A DNA stretch of 64,000 nt, taken from contig JAYWIR010000029.1 in the NCBI GenBank assembly GCA_036172245.1, positions 1,302,001 to 1,366,000 of the forward strand. Reading direction: 5' to 3'. Under the pieces are notes generated by a model. It saw only the letters and a list, made by a program, of their open reading frames with translations. It was not told the origin of the DNA and did not search any database. A program made the position numbers and the translations under genes. Positions 1-11,649 of the stretch are shown in pieces. Origin of the DNA: Raillietiella orientalis (taxonomy: Eukaryota). Position 1 is the first letter of the stretch, and every line of letters starts with the position of its first letter.

Positions 1-333
1 GTTTCCTCCAAACAATCTTCCAGAACTATAATGGTAGAAGTTGTGGAAAACGAGGAAGAGAGGACGAAAGAATGACTGGAATGCAGAGCGGTTTGTCAGT
101 TCCCATACCCATTTCAAAGCAGCTGTGAAAGTGAGAGGAATGCTCTGAAAAGAGAATCGTCAACTGCCGTGATCTACGTTTTCGGTGCCTTTGCGCAAGT
201 CCGAATCCGGAGCTGGCTGCCAACACCACCGGCCGCTTTCCGCGTGGCGCAACCCGGCATCCCGGATCTTCCCCATCTTCCTCAAAAACGTGTCTCGCGG
301 TCGAAAAGCAAACGGCGGGGAGGAAAACATACA

Positions 334-716
334 TCAAGGATCAATAGTGATGTACCAGAAGAGTGAAAGTAGAGGCGCCTGGTTCAGGCGCCTTTGACGG
401 AGATTCTGTTGCTGCTGCTCCTCGATGGTGGAACAAACCACGCGATCCTGGATGACTGGGGAGCTTTTTCGCTGTCCCGGAAAACGTAGGTGCGGTCCGA
501 GTTCGGGTATGGACTCGCCTTTCGCACCTGTCGGCCGCGTGACAAAAGTGTGCTCGCCTGGGACGAAGAGGAGAGAGACCTTTCGCCGCCTTCCCGAAAG
601 ATCAGACATAAATAAGCATCGAAAATTCGCAGACGTTTTGCTTCTTTGTTTAGGAGAAGAAACAGAGCTCTCGAGTGTTTCAAGATGACTGCCCTTCGCT
701 CCTTTGAGCAGAACAA
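334..716 (-). mobile_element. 3' end of non-LTR retrotransposon ORF2 (family C), degenerate C-terminal zinc finger
   Basis: Minus frames give LCLIFREGGERSL/LLFVPGEHT (eroded CxxC..HL..C), then IAWFVPPS, which resembles IPWFAPPS at ~34040. Confidence 0.4.
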
Positions 717-720
717 GGAG

Positions 721-762
721 GTGTGTGTGTGTGTCTGTGTGTGTGTGTGGGGGGGGGGGGGG
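721..762. repeat. (GT)n microsatellite followed by a G-run
   Basis: gtgtgtgtgtgtgtctgtgtgtgtgtgtgggggggggggg seen directly. Confidence 0.95.
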
Positions 763-1149
763 AAGGGAGGGGAGGAATAGGCTTTTGAGCTCTTAGTCTG
801 ATTCCAAGAGCCCCTTTCGTCAGCCAGTCATGTTCCCGCCATCGAAGGTTCAAAGGTGAGGGCGGAAGCAAACGAAAGTCGTGTCGCATCTCGCGTGTTT
901 CACGTCTCCGCAGTCTGGACCGGACCGCACACACGCAGCGCCCGCTCGCCGTTACGCACGCGAACAGGTGAGCTCTTCTGAGTGCAATTCGTACCCTCAC
1001 TTCCTCCTAGAGAGCGCGACCCTCGATCCTCCTCTTTCCCAGAGGGCGTGGCGGCTTTCTTGGCCATCTCCGAACGGAAGTGCCCGCTGAAATCTCGTGC
1101 ATGGGCAGGTTCTCGGCTCCCCTCGGGGGCGAGGGGAACAAACAAATAG

Positions 1150-1631
1150 CAGCAGCAGAAAAAACGAAACAGTCACTCGGAAATTCTCGTTCCAGAGGGT
1201 GCCATTCGATCATTCCACCATCTCAGCTTCCGCCGTGATTCGCAAGACGCCCTCCAGGAACCACCCTTGCTTCTGGAGAAAGACTGCTTGACCTTCTCGA
1301 CGTCATTTCCCAAGGCCTGCTACTCCTCGCTGCATTCCAGAAGCACCCCAGTACTCTGAAGGCAAGGGTCTGTTGTTCAGTAGCAGCTGTGAAGGTCGCG
1401 AAGTTTTCTTTCCCCCGCAAAATCGCAGGAGTATCCATCTTCCAAGTAGGGACCAGTGCTCCTACCCTTCACTTTTCCCTTCCCGTTAAAATCTCTCTGT
1501 AGTTGGCTCCATATTCATGCATTGGGATGGCTTCCCAGCATCACAAACGTCCTCTTGACCAACATTCGAAGGCGCTGGAGCAATGGCTTTTGCATCGCAG
1601 AAGGCATTTCATTTCATGTTCTGCAGAATGA

Positions 1632-1666
<35 letters not shown>

Positions 1667-1900
1667 AGGTGTGGTGAGACGAAATGTTCCTCCACGGCTG
1701 CTGCTACCTCATGCGCATGACGCCGACACCACCGTCATCAAAATGCGCACGCGCTCTCCACTGCAGACTCTTTCGCAACCAACCTCGGAGGCGGACCTGA
1801 GGCTTTCCGGCAAGCTCTGGATTCTGAATGGAGGCGACTGTTGCAAGGCTCCGTTCCCGAGAGGGATGCTACTGTTACTCACAGAGACAGTCACGACTGT
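1150..1900 (-). pseudogene. Possible APE endonuclease relic of a LINE ORF2
   Basis: Weak motif echoes in APE order (TVSVSN; PAILRG..NF; LGCFW; NDR). Interrupted by a (GA)n tract at ~1633-1665. Confidence 0.25.
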
Positions 1901-2684
1901 AGCGAGTCAAAAGAGCTGCCAACACGAGCCGCGCCTCAACACCAGCAACAAGGTCGCGTTTGTTTTCACTCGGGTTGCGCGAGAAGTCGGCAGGTGTCGC
2001 ATGGGAAAAGTGGTGAGGCGCATGCGTGGAAAAAAAAGAAAAGAAAAAAAGGCCATCCGTGTTTTTTTTTTCCCGAGTGTTCTTTGCATTGTCCCTGCTC
2101 CCCGGTCTTGGAACAAGCGGCGGCAAAGACACTATGCAGAACAAACAACACGGAATGGAAGGAAAACCCATAAAATGGCTCCTCCATCCCCTAAAACAAC
2201 AACAACAAAACACACACACAGACACGTACACTACGTACGCACAGTCGAAGAAGGGAAAGTTCAGGAGGTTTGACGACACGTGAGCTGGAACATGCGGCCA
2301 TCCCGAATCCACTCCACCCTTTGCTACGTGAGAGAATTTCCACTCTCAAGGGAGGACGCACGTGTGATGCAGATCAAGAGTGCGACGGGGCGAAAACTCT
2401 CTGGAGGTTCTGGGAACGGCCGCTGCCAGGCAGCCGACCGCCTGGCACCCTCATCGCGCTCGCTCGCTTTCGTACCTCCCGTGTCTTCGCGAGGAAGGGC
2501 GGACAGACGCAGACGCGGGCGATGCGCCGTTCCTTTCTTCCTCAGACGAGAGTCCAAGGTCGCCATCCGCTGCGTTCTCCGTCCGCGAGGCAGCCCCCTT
2601 CTTCCTGCCTCCCATCGGGTTTCCCTTGAACGGTCTGCCTCTCGGCTTCTTTCGCATCACGCAGCATCCTGTGTCTCTAAGGCA

Positions 2685-3215
2685 TTACACAACCACTGAG
2701 GATGCGTTGATTGACCTCTTTTTCAGCAGGCGCTCAGCTTCCGATGCACTGATCCCTCCTGCTAGCAGTGTGCTCCCTCTCCTCCCGCGAGACTGGATCT
2801 CCTTCCCGGGCTCGAACTCTCGAGGATTCCTCCCTTCTCTCACCTCACATCCAGCATTTCCTTTCTGAGGATAAAATCCATCGCTGATTCCATGCTCCGC
2901 GTGCTCGTTCTCGTTCTTCTTGATGGAGTGCCGCCCATCGCCAATCATCCCACCAGAATCCCCGTTCTTCTTCCATTTCGAGCTCCTCCCGCGGAAGTTC
3001 AGGTCAGGGGACAAAAGGATTCCATGCATCCGCAGATGCTGAACACGTCGGACAGCCTGAGGTGCCCCATGGGATGGCTCGAGATCCCATGGCGTGACTT
3101 TATGGATGCACACGAGTGCGTGTCGGGATCGGGACGGTAGCTCTTCGAGCGCCAGCTGGAGGACGCAAAAAAAAAAAAGGAAGAAGATGTGCGCTGAGGA
3201 AGGATTTTTTTGCAA
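2685..3215 (-). pseudogene. Possible LINE ORF1 (RRM plus zinc knuckle) relic
   Basis: LVCIHKVTPWD...DSGGMIGDG...RARGAWNQ parallels the clearer ORF1 relic at 30320-30800. Confidence 0.3.
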
Positions 3216-3419
3216 GGGCGGGCGGTTGATCCAGGGTATTTGTGGAGGAGGGAAAGTGAGTCTACAGGAACGGGGCGGGACGGACTAAATTAGAGGACGT
3301 TCTCCCGTCCTCCGGACAGCGAAGACCCGCAAAGCAGTCCTCCCGGATGGCAGGCACACAGGCTCTTCGGCGTGGTGCTCCTTTGTGAAAGGGCCACTCC
3401 TGGATCTTAGAAAAAGTGT

Positions 3420-4020
3420 GGACCCTCACCCGGGTTTGCTGGGCGTTTCTTAATTGAAAGGAAAAAAAAAAAAAAACTAACAAAAGTATTGGGGCTGTTG
3501 GTCCTAACATGTGCAGACAATACTGAACTTGCTGAGGGACCGGTGCGCAGACTGGTGGGGGTGACCTCGGAAGCAGAGGGCAAGGAAGAAAAAAGGAAAA
3601 GAAAAGCTAACGAGGAAAATGACGCTGGGGGGAACGTGAAGGAGCCACAACCTGTTGAGGGCCGTCTTCTGAATCCATTCGAAGATGCCGGCAAGTTCCT
3701 GATTCATGTTCCTCAGGTCGGGTCATCTCTCTGTCCTCCGCGACCGAAACGTAGGGCGAAGTGGATGGCGTCCCTAGAGCAACCTCCTCCCTTGGCTTGG
3801 ATCCAGGCTGTTCCAATCCCGAGCAGGCAGCAAAGAGCTGCTAGGGGTGCAGCTGGAGTGGCGCGCGCAGAGAGGTTCTATTGGGTCCCTGGGATCGTTG
3901 CCACACATGAGACCCGGAGGTTCGTAGCAAAGAAACGTTCCCACAGCGGTCACGGGGCAATGCAGTCCACGAACGGGTATGGTTTTTCGTGATCCCCTCT
4001 CCTGCTGCAGTTTGGACCCA
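3420..4020 (-). mobile_element. L1/Tx1-like family A, 3' fragment (ORF2 C-terminus plus 3' UTR)
   Basis: Minus frame FVDCIAP*PLWERF matches DCVALQALW of the 51.5-kb copy. Shares agggacgccatccac and 3' UTR blocks with other copies. Confidence 0.75.
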
Positions 4021-4254
4021 CCCCATTCCATCCCTCCTCCTCACCCCCTTGGTTCATTGATGCGGGTGGGCTCAGTGCAGCAGCAGAAGAACCGACTCCT
4101 GCTGGCGGCTAAGAGGGAGGGTGTGGTGTTCCGAAGCTGGAGGCCATTCGAGATATTCACGGGAAGCTCTCAGCAGGCCACCCCAGAGCAAAAGTCCTTT
4201 CGGTGGGGCATTCCGGGTCGCAGAGTCTGTCATCTGGCCTGTGGTCCAACTACC

Positions 4255-6050
4255 AAGCGTCTTCCACCTGGATTACGATCCGGGTGCTCCAAGGCGTTTA
4301 TTCGTATAAAAAATAAACGTTTACAATCCTTGTGATTGGACCGGTGATTCAGTCACGTCCATTTTTGGAACAAACCTGCCGCGTTGCCGGTGTGCAGACC
4401 GGTGAGGCCCGCCACCGCAGCAGGGGGGAAAGGATGAATGAAAAAGAAAAAGAAACAAAAATAAATAAATAAATATGGGGTGTGGTGCAGGAAGGGATCA
4501 CGTTTTGCTGGGGGCGGTCCTTTGCATTCTTTGGAGGATGTCGGCAAGCTCTTGCTGGATGTTATTTTCAAGGCGGGGGTCATCTTGCTGCCATCCTCAG
4601 GAAGCGGATGGCAAAGTGGATGTGGCATCCCTGTCGCTCTTGCGGTCCTCTTGCGTGCCTCTAGACAGCGGAAGTCCCGCGCAGGCAGCAGAGAGAGCTG
4701 CTAGCGAGGCTGCCGGCCGAAGTGCGTTGAGGGGGAGGAGGGGTCTTACGACGTCCCTGGAGCTGCTCCCGAGGGTTCCGAGGGACAAAGCGTTTCCGGA
4801 AGGGCTGGAGGGCAACACAGGCGCCACAAGCAGGTGCGGGAGGGATTCCGACTCCCCGTACCTGGCACAGGCCCCCCCGTATACAGTGACGCTGGAGGGC
4901 GTTGAACGGGAGTTTCCAGTGCAGTAGCACTAGAGCCGACTCCTTTCATTTCAAGAGGAGGGTGCGGGGGTCTAAGAGCACTGGGGATCGCTGCAGCAGC
5001 TCTCCCCAGCGCAAAAGTCCTCGAGGTGGGGCACTTACACCTCGAGGCTATCTCACGGGAGACCTCACCCCGGACACTCTCTCTCCGAGGCAAGGGAGGT
5101 TTCCTTCTGCCCTACGCGCACTTGGTGGGATGCGCGACGACCTCTTGGAGCAAGTGGCCTTTGCAGAAGGAGCACAGCAATCGCTGCCGTGACTCCGGGA
5201 TCGGCTTGCTGTTCTCCGACCACGCGCGAACCGCTTCCTGGAACAGGGCATGACCCCGTGGTCAGTGTGGCCAATCGCCGGAGACGAAGTCCTCAACCGG
5301 ACACCATGCGGCGGCGGCGGCGCGCAAGGAAGGGAGATAAAGTCCTTCGCAGCCGGTGGCTCGTCTGACCAGGAGGTATGCCGGTTCGCTCCAGCTGGTG
5401 CTCCGCCGCCAGAATTCTCCACTGAAGTTGTCCCTGCAGGCGCTTCTGCGTCAGAAGGCCGAGGCCACCATCGCGACGCGGAGCACACGAATCTTTCAAG
5501 CGGACTCGAGACCCACAAGAGTATGGAGGTGCATTCCGTGAGGAAATGGGCTCCAGGAAAGATGCTCTCGAGATGGAAGCTGCGAATGTTTTCATTTTCT
5601 CGCGGGACGCTGAAACCAGATGCGAGCGACCCAGGCGAGCGATCTGGAAGGGGTAGCCTCTTGGAAACGTCATCGGGGAAACTCCTGGAGTGAGATTTTG
5701 AAAGAAGGACGTCTTTTCCCTAAGAGAAAGGGCGCTCTCTGCCTCTTGGCGGTAAGGAAGGGATATTTGAGAGGCACCCACCTGCCGCCAATGACGGCTG
5801 CCGATCTCAGGCTCCTACGGTCGAGACTTGGCCCACCGCCGCAGCATCACCCGAGACCGGATCTCGCGTTTTCACGTTGGCGCATTGGGCGGGCTGCTCC
5901 CGCCTTCGGATGGTGCTTGCGGGAGCTCGGATTTTTCCCCTTCCGTGCGGCAGGAAAGTCGCCACGATTCTGCTCCCGCCAGCATTCGCCAGAGGGGTTG
6001 TCGTCGTCACTGCTCCTCCTCATCTCGTTCAGGGTCCTTCCCACGACGCT
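4255..6050 (-). mobile_element. L1/Tx1-like family A, 5'-truncated copy (RT C-half to 3' UTR)
   Basis: ORF 5293..5781 contains RVRLKDSCAPRRDGGLGLLT, with ARSGL and LKYP upstream. Then a T-rich 3' UTR and AATAAA near 4300. Nucleotide similarity to the 32.4-kb and 50.7-kb copies. Confidence 0.85.
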
Positions 6051-6999
6051 TTTGCTTTCCTTTCGTCTTTGGGTCCACGAGACGGAGGAGGAAATAGAAG
6101 AGAGGGAGGAGGGAGGAGAGGAGAACGTAGCCCGAGGCGCGCTTTCCGGAGTTCCCCCACTTCCCGAGCTCGAGGCGCGGTCAGCACCCGACGCGTTCCG
6201 CCGACCTCGCCGTTAGGAAAGTCTCGGGAGGCGCGGATCGGTCGCCCGGCAACAGCGGCGTCGGCGTCGGCGGCAGCAGCAGCGGCAGCGTCGGCAGCAG
6301 CACGTAAACAAGCCCGTCGGGATGGCGCAGAGAGTGAAAGCGAAAGCCAGACGGAGGAGGAGACGCAGAGGAGCCGCGTCAACCGCCCCTTCCGCGGCTT
6401 GGAGCCTCACGCGGCGCGGCGGCGCGAAGACCCGGACGAGCCGCTCGCCTTTGCTGCCGATCCCGCGTGAGGTGGATATGCGCTGCGCGCACGTCCATCC
6501 TCGAGACGAGTCCTCCCGCGTGGCGAGGCGGCAAAGAACCCTTTGTTGCCCAGTGATCGAAACAGTGGCACAGCTTCCTTTCCTCCCCCCCCCCTCTTCC
6601 TTCCCTTCCTTTTTGTTTTTAAATTCCTAAATGAACGGTTTAGCTACATTTTCTTTTTTTCGCTGCTTTCGCGCGTGCGCACGCTCGGAAGTCTCTGGAG
6701 TCACCTGCGTTCCCGCGGTTGCGTCCGTTGATCCCGTCTGAGCGTCAGCGCGCAGGACTTTTCCTTCTCCACTCCACCTCCCGCCCTCCTTGGCGATTCA
6801 CGAAAGGCGAAAGCGGCATTCTTGCGGAGCTCAGGAATGCTGCGTGTGGAGCTCCACGCTGGAAGGGGAGGATTGGGGCGAAGGATTTTCCATCCGAGGA
6901 TGACGATGTCACTCTCGGGCGGAGGGAGGGAGGGCGAGGGAGGATCTGCTCCCGAGAATGAGCCACTGTGGAGCTCTGAGTCAGGTGAGAGCTAGGAGC

Positions 7000-7345
7000 A
7001 GCACCGGAGGAGGGGAGAGTCCAGAGGGAGGAGGAGAGCACCCGTGGACATGGACGTGGGAGAGAGGGAAGGAACAGCACTTGCCCGCGTCGGGATGAAT
7101 CCAGGAAGGATCCCTGAGGGTCAATTCCCAATCCCGGTCACTCAGGGGGGGAGCATCCATCACCAGTGGCGCACCCGAATGAAGGCCAACTAGCGTCATC
7201 TTAAGGGGGGACAACTGAAAACCCATGGAGCACCCCCAGTTCTCTGGCATTGATCCTTCCCCGAGCGGGATTCGAACCTACGACACTCGATGCCGCGCAC
7301 GCAGGGAGAGGGTCTCCAACGCGCGCAAAGGAACCGCAAGCCCGG
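7000..7345 (-). mobile_element. tRNA-derived SINE-like family B, 5' part
   Basis: Minus-strand B-box GGTTCGAATCC at 7268-7278. Head resembles 49281-49350; body (gatgacgctagttggccttc...gggattgggaattgaccctc) aligns with 35960-36070. Confidence 0.55.
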
Positions 7346-7949
7346 AAGAAACGCCTTCCAGCGGACGCGGAAGTTCACCTCAGGAAAGGGAGACGCGTGC
7401 TGAATTGGGGAGGTAGAGGCATGGGCGGGGGGGGGGGGGGAAGCAAAGAGAAAACCTGTTTCTCCGGAGGTGTCCGGGTCTCCTTGGCAACGGAAGATGG
7501 TCGGGAACGTACGATCCGCGCATCGATCGCGAGACACCCGCCTCCCCTCCGCACTGGTTGTGGGTCCTGAAGGGAGAGAGAGAGGCAGGAAAGGGAATCG
7601 AGTCTGGTCTTCATCAAAATGGCTTCCTGGGAAGCGTCCGCGAGCCTCCGAGAGGCGCCCACACAGGCCGCGCCTCCCTTCTTTGCGATCCCGAGGACAG
7701 AGCGGTCTCGTAACTTGCGATGTCCGCTGAGGGGCGAGCAATCGCCCGCGGAACTTCCGCTTCCTCCTCCTCCCACGAGTGGAAGTGCGGCGAGTCTCCG
7801 GCGCCTCGGAGAAGCGACTGCAGCGGTGGGAGGGAGCGAAAAGCGCGCAGGGTGGGAAAAGGAGTGCGCGCGTGCTGCACACACGCACGCACGCACGCAT
7901 GCACGCACGCGGGGAGGCGGCGGCCGTCGCGGTCGCTTCTCTGGCTGGA

Positions 7950-8650
7950 AGGGGGAGGAGGGGAGGAGTTTTCTTCAGTCGCCAGTCGGAAGCCGCCACG
8001 GCCGAGCGAGGTCGACGGGCACCTGCCGTGCGGAGCGTAGGGAGCAGTTCGCACGCATGCCTGCCGGACCGCCTCTTCCGGAGGAGGCTCTCGGCGACTC
8101 TGCCCACGACGGACGGGAACCTCGAGATTCCTTTTTCCTCCTCCCCGCGAGGCGAACCAGGACTCTTCCTTTTCCCGGGAGCGAGTCGTCGCCCCGGGGC
8201 TTGTGGACAGAGGACCTCACAAGTCCAGGCGGGCCAGGATGATGCCACGCGATAGGAACGGAACGTTCCCTGAGCGAGAGGTAGCCAGGAGGGCGGACGC
8301 CCGGTTCCATCCCACGGGATGCCATAGGGCAGGGTGCACGAGGGACAGGAAGAAGCGCGGCCCTCGAGAACTCGACCTCCAGGTTTCTCTCGTGGCTCTT
8401 GAAACAACATCCAGAGAGGGTGATGGTCCTGAGAGAAAAGAACGTAAACAGCTTGTCAGTCTCTTCAGAAGGAGCTTCCAGGATGGATGAACCAGGCCAC
8501 GGGGAGCACAGGAACGAAAGTTCTTCCCGGGAGCGGAAAAATGTGGGCACTTGCTGGCCCCTGAAGCCAACATGGGGAGCAAGCAATCGCTGCTGTCCAC
8601 CCCTCAACTCACAAGGGTGAGCGGCCATTCTCGTAGCCAATCCGTGGCAC
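7950..8650 (-). pseudogene. Probable LINE ORF1 relic
   Basis: LVHPALWHPVGW (RRM-like V.L.W.P) followed by an eroded knuckle (YAPHGRC...SDW). Same position relative to the 200-bp repeat as the 30.3-kb ORF1. Confidence 0.35.
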
Positions 8651-8692
8651 GAAGCGGTCTGTAGCTTCGAGTCTCCGATTGTGGATTCTCCC

Positions 8693-8910
8693 GGGGAAGG
8701 AGTCAACCAAACACCGGAGGAGGGTTCTAGGGGAACGGGGAGGAAAGGAAGGAACATCCTCGAAGGCACCAGGCATGCCAGAGACTTGCAGCAGGTCTCG
8801 CCGCTCGCGGTGGTTTGGCGCAGGCTTGACCGGAGGGTTGGGGAGGAGCAGCCCGAGTCGAGAACGTGCGTGCCTCGGAGGACTGCACTCTGCCCGGAGA
8901 TCCTTCGGGA
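8693..8910. repeat. ~200-bp dispersed repeat, copy 1 (pair at 31327-31545); candidate LINE 5' region
   Basis: ggggaacggggaggaaaggaaggaacatcct...ggaggactgca is nearly identical in both copies (about 10 mismatches in ~165 bp, counted by eye). Confidence 0.95.
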
Positions 8911-9329
8911 TTCTGTCCCTTGCCCGCTGCGAAAGTCGCAAAGTTCTGTCGAGAATCCGCAATGCTCATCCGAGACTGGATGACCTTCCTTCTCTCGAGG
9001 TCGTCTCCCATTCCTTGCCTCCGAAGGAGGGAAGACTCCGGGAAGAGCGCGCGAGGAAGAGGGGGGCTCCTCATCGGCCTCAGGGAAGTGCTGCAGCCGT
9101 CTCTTGGAGCCACCTAACCGCCGTAAAGGGGGTGACCACTCTCGCCTTCGCAGCTTCCACTCCCCACCCTAGGTGAAGGTGGAACCGACCTCGCCGGGGT
9201 GGTCCGAGGGGCGGACGGCACGACGCTTCTTCCGTTCCCTCCCTCCCCGTCTGGAGGACGTCAGCGCGCGCCCTTCGTGCCCGCAGGCCGGCGCGCTCCG
9301 TCGTGCCTGCCTCGGCGCGGCTGCGGCAG

Positions 9330-10130
9330 CGACGGGGAAGGGGCGAAGTGCGCAGGGTGGTCCACCCTTTGTACCGACGGCGAGCGAGCGGCTCCGCGCC
9401 GGCCGATGCCGCTGTTTCGCTCTGCCGCCGCGAGAGGAGTCCGCTGCGGCGGAGCATATCATCGCACGATTCCTTGGGCCGCGCCCCCGGGAGGCGGCGT
9501 AGCGGAAACCCTCCCGTCAGGGGGTTCCGGCGACCGGCGATCGCCTTGCCTCTCCGTTCCTCGCCGTCCCTCTGGGGGCTCCCCGCGCGAGCCCTGACGG
9601 CGACCCGCTCTCGACCTCCCGAGGTCGTGCGTCTCCCTCTTGGAGGCGGCCGTGCTCCCCCTAAACGCTCGCTTCGGGTGCTACTCGTGTTTCCTGGGTG
9701 TGCGGCGAAGGGATGGGGCGAACTCCGCCTCTCCGGACAGCTCGAAGGGGCGGAAGATCCCGGGGACTTTGAAACTCGGTCCTTCTTGATAGGTGGATGT
9801 CCGGCTGCTGCATGCCTGGCAACGAGCTTCCTTTCTGTAGTCTCCACAACATTTGCGGTGCACCAGAAGGGTATTCGGTGACAAATTACCACTGACAGAG
9901 AAAGTTGCGGACGCTGGGCATGTTAAGCACGAGATGATAACAAGGTGGCGCGGTCCAGAGGACTTTCTGGATTGCTGATACGATCTGCCGACGATCTGGA
10001 AGCGCGAGGCGGCGGAACACCGCATGATGAGGATCCCTCGCTCGGATGGATGAGAGGTGGACCCTTTGATCCGAAGCCACCCGATTTCTTTCCTTCCTGG
10101 CATTGGAGTCCCCTGAAACACCTCTTCAGA
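9330..10130 (+). pseudogene. APE endonuclease relic of a LINE ORF2
   Basis: Ordered motifs across frames: GGVA, LRVLLVF (for NVYAP), FLIGG (for GGDFN), VADAG, TRWRG..FLDC*Y (for SRLD), SDG (for SDH), SWHWS. Confidence 0.5.
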
Positions 10131-10839
10131 AACAGCTGGTCGATGCCAGTCGGAGACCGCCGGAGGGCACCTTAGATAGACGGATGGAGGACACCTCCGT
10201 GCATACCCAATCCGGAGGAGCGAGATTCGGAGTTCTTCGCAGACTTCTTCCAGGACGGCCGTCGACTTCGGAAGTTTTCGACCCCACCAGATCGAGGGGG
10301 GTCTTGAGGATGGCGAGACAGGGTTTTCCACCCTCCCGCGCCCCCTCGTCAATTCGAGGAATCACCGAAGGAGATCCCGAGGCTTCCATCGCGACTCGAC
10401 GTCTCCCGTTCCCCACCCTCGGCCGGTCGGAGACGGAACGAGAGAGGAATCCGAGAAGGACTCCAGGGAGGTCGGGAGAGGAGGTTGGCAGCAGCTGATC
10501 TCCCGCGCGGTGCTCAGCTAAATGCGCGTTTCGGCGGATGCTGGGAACAAAGCAAATCTGGTGGCGGCTGAAGGTGGGAGAGGAGGGGGGGCGTGAAAGG
10601 AGAAGGGGCTAGAGTGACTCAGGAGGAATTTTTCAAGTGGGGGAAGGAGATAGAACAAGATGAAGGTCCCGAAGCGAAAGAGGAGGAAGTGGCTGGGCAA
10701 AGAATGAGGCGACGGGTTTGACCGGGGTGTCCTCTGCAGAACGAGGCGCGCATATCCGGAAGCGCCCGGGCGAGAAAACGGTCAAGTGAGCGAAGCGGAC
10801 CATCAAGTGGAGGTGCTGCTTCTTTATTGCGGCGCAGGA

Positions 10840-11360
10840 GGTGGAAGAGACCTCAGTCGGAGCCTTGAGGGACACCGACGGTTGCAACACCTCCGCAGGA
10901 TGCCTCTGCGAAGGTCGGCGGGCGAGAAGGTTGCGATGGTTTCGAGAACAGAGCATCTTTCTGTTCCCGGAAAAGAGGAGGACACAGGAGGGAGAGAGAG
11001 GGAGTCTTTCCGCTCCCGCCTTCACGCTCGAGAAGCTTCTGCTCACGGCGAGAGGGCAAGCGGGCCGAGCCGAGGAGATGCCCGTTCTCCTCCAATGGGA
11101 TCCATACGAAGAAAAGCTTCGCTGCTCAGTGCTGACTCTGATGCTTTCCTGCGAGCCGTTGCCAGGACGCACAGCCTGCCGGGAGGCTTTCGATAGTCCG
11201 TCGCCTGGATGCTCGTGCCCGAGAAACAGGGAACTAGTTGACAGCCCACCGAGGGAAGAATGCCGCGCTGATCACGCAGTGGGGGCTTTGCAGCAGAATC
11301 CTCATCAGATGGAGCCGTTCTGTAGCTGTCAGACTCTTTCAGGCTGTCAGAACCATGTGT
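10840..11360 (+). pseudogene. Possible LINE ORF1 relic
   Basis: VLLQWDPYE (RRM-like) and a Cys cluster QMEPFCSCQTLSG in ORF 10841..11362. Confidence 0.25.
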
Positions 11361-11649
11361 GATCCAGGTTCCATCGCACCTGAGCGGTGCTGAGATGGGT
11401 GCTATCAATTCCAGCTCTAGACTTTCAGCCAGGGTGCTCCTGTTAGTGTTCTTGCACCCAGAGAGCCCTTGTATCACCTGTATGAGCTACTTAATCAGCA
11501 GCTTGCATTCCGCAAGTGATTGATCACTTCGTGATCAGTCAGTCGATCTCGGTCCTTTGTACATTTAGGATGAGCGATTACTGACTCATTCTAACGAATG
11601 CTGGATCGCCCACTTCTCAACCGCATTTTAGCCACTTCTTCCTTGGAAG

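Noticed and set aside
7255..7345. Functional tRNA gene (also 49281-49350)
   Set aside because: A B-box is present, but the T-stem is mispaired and there is no acceptor or anticodon stem; better explained as a SINE head.
7196..8410. 404-aa ORF and other long GC-rich ORFs (9080-9892, 31283-32041, 36403-37167) as genes
   Set aside because: Arg/Pro/Ser-rich, overlapped by similar ORFs in other frames, crossing repeat boundaries, with no coherent domain; expected in GC-rich DNA.
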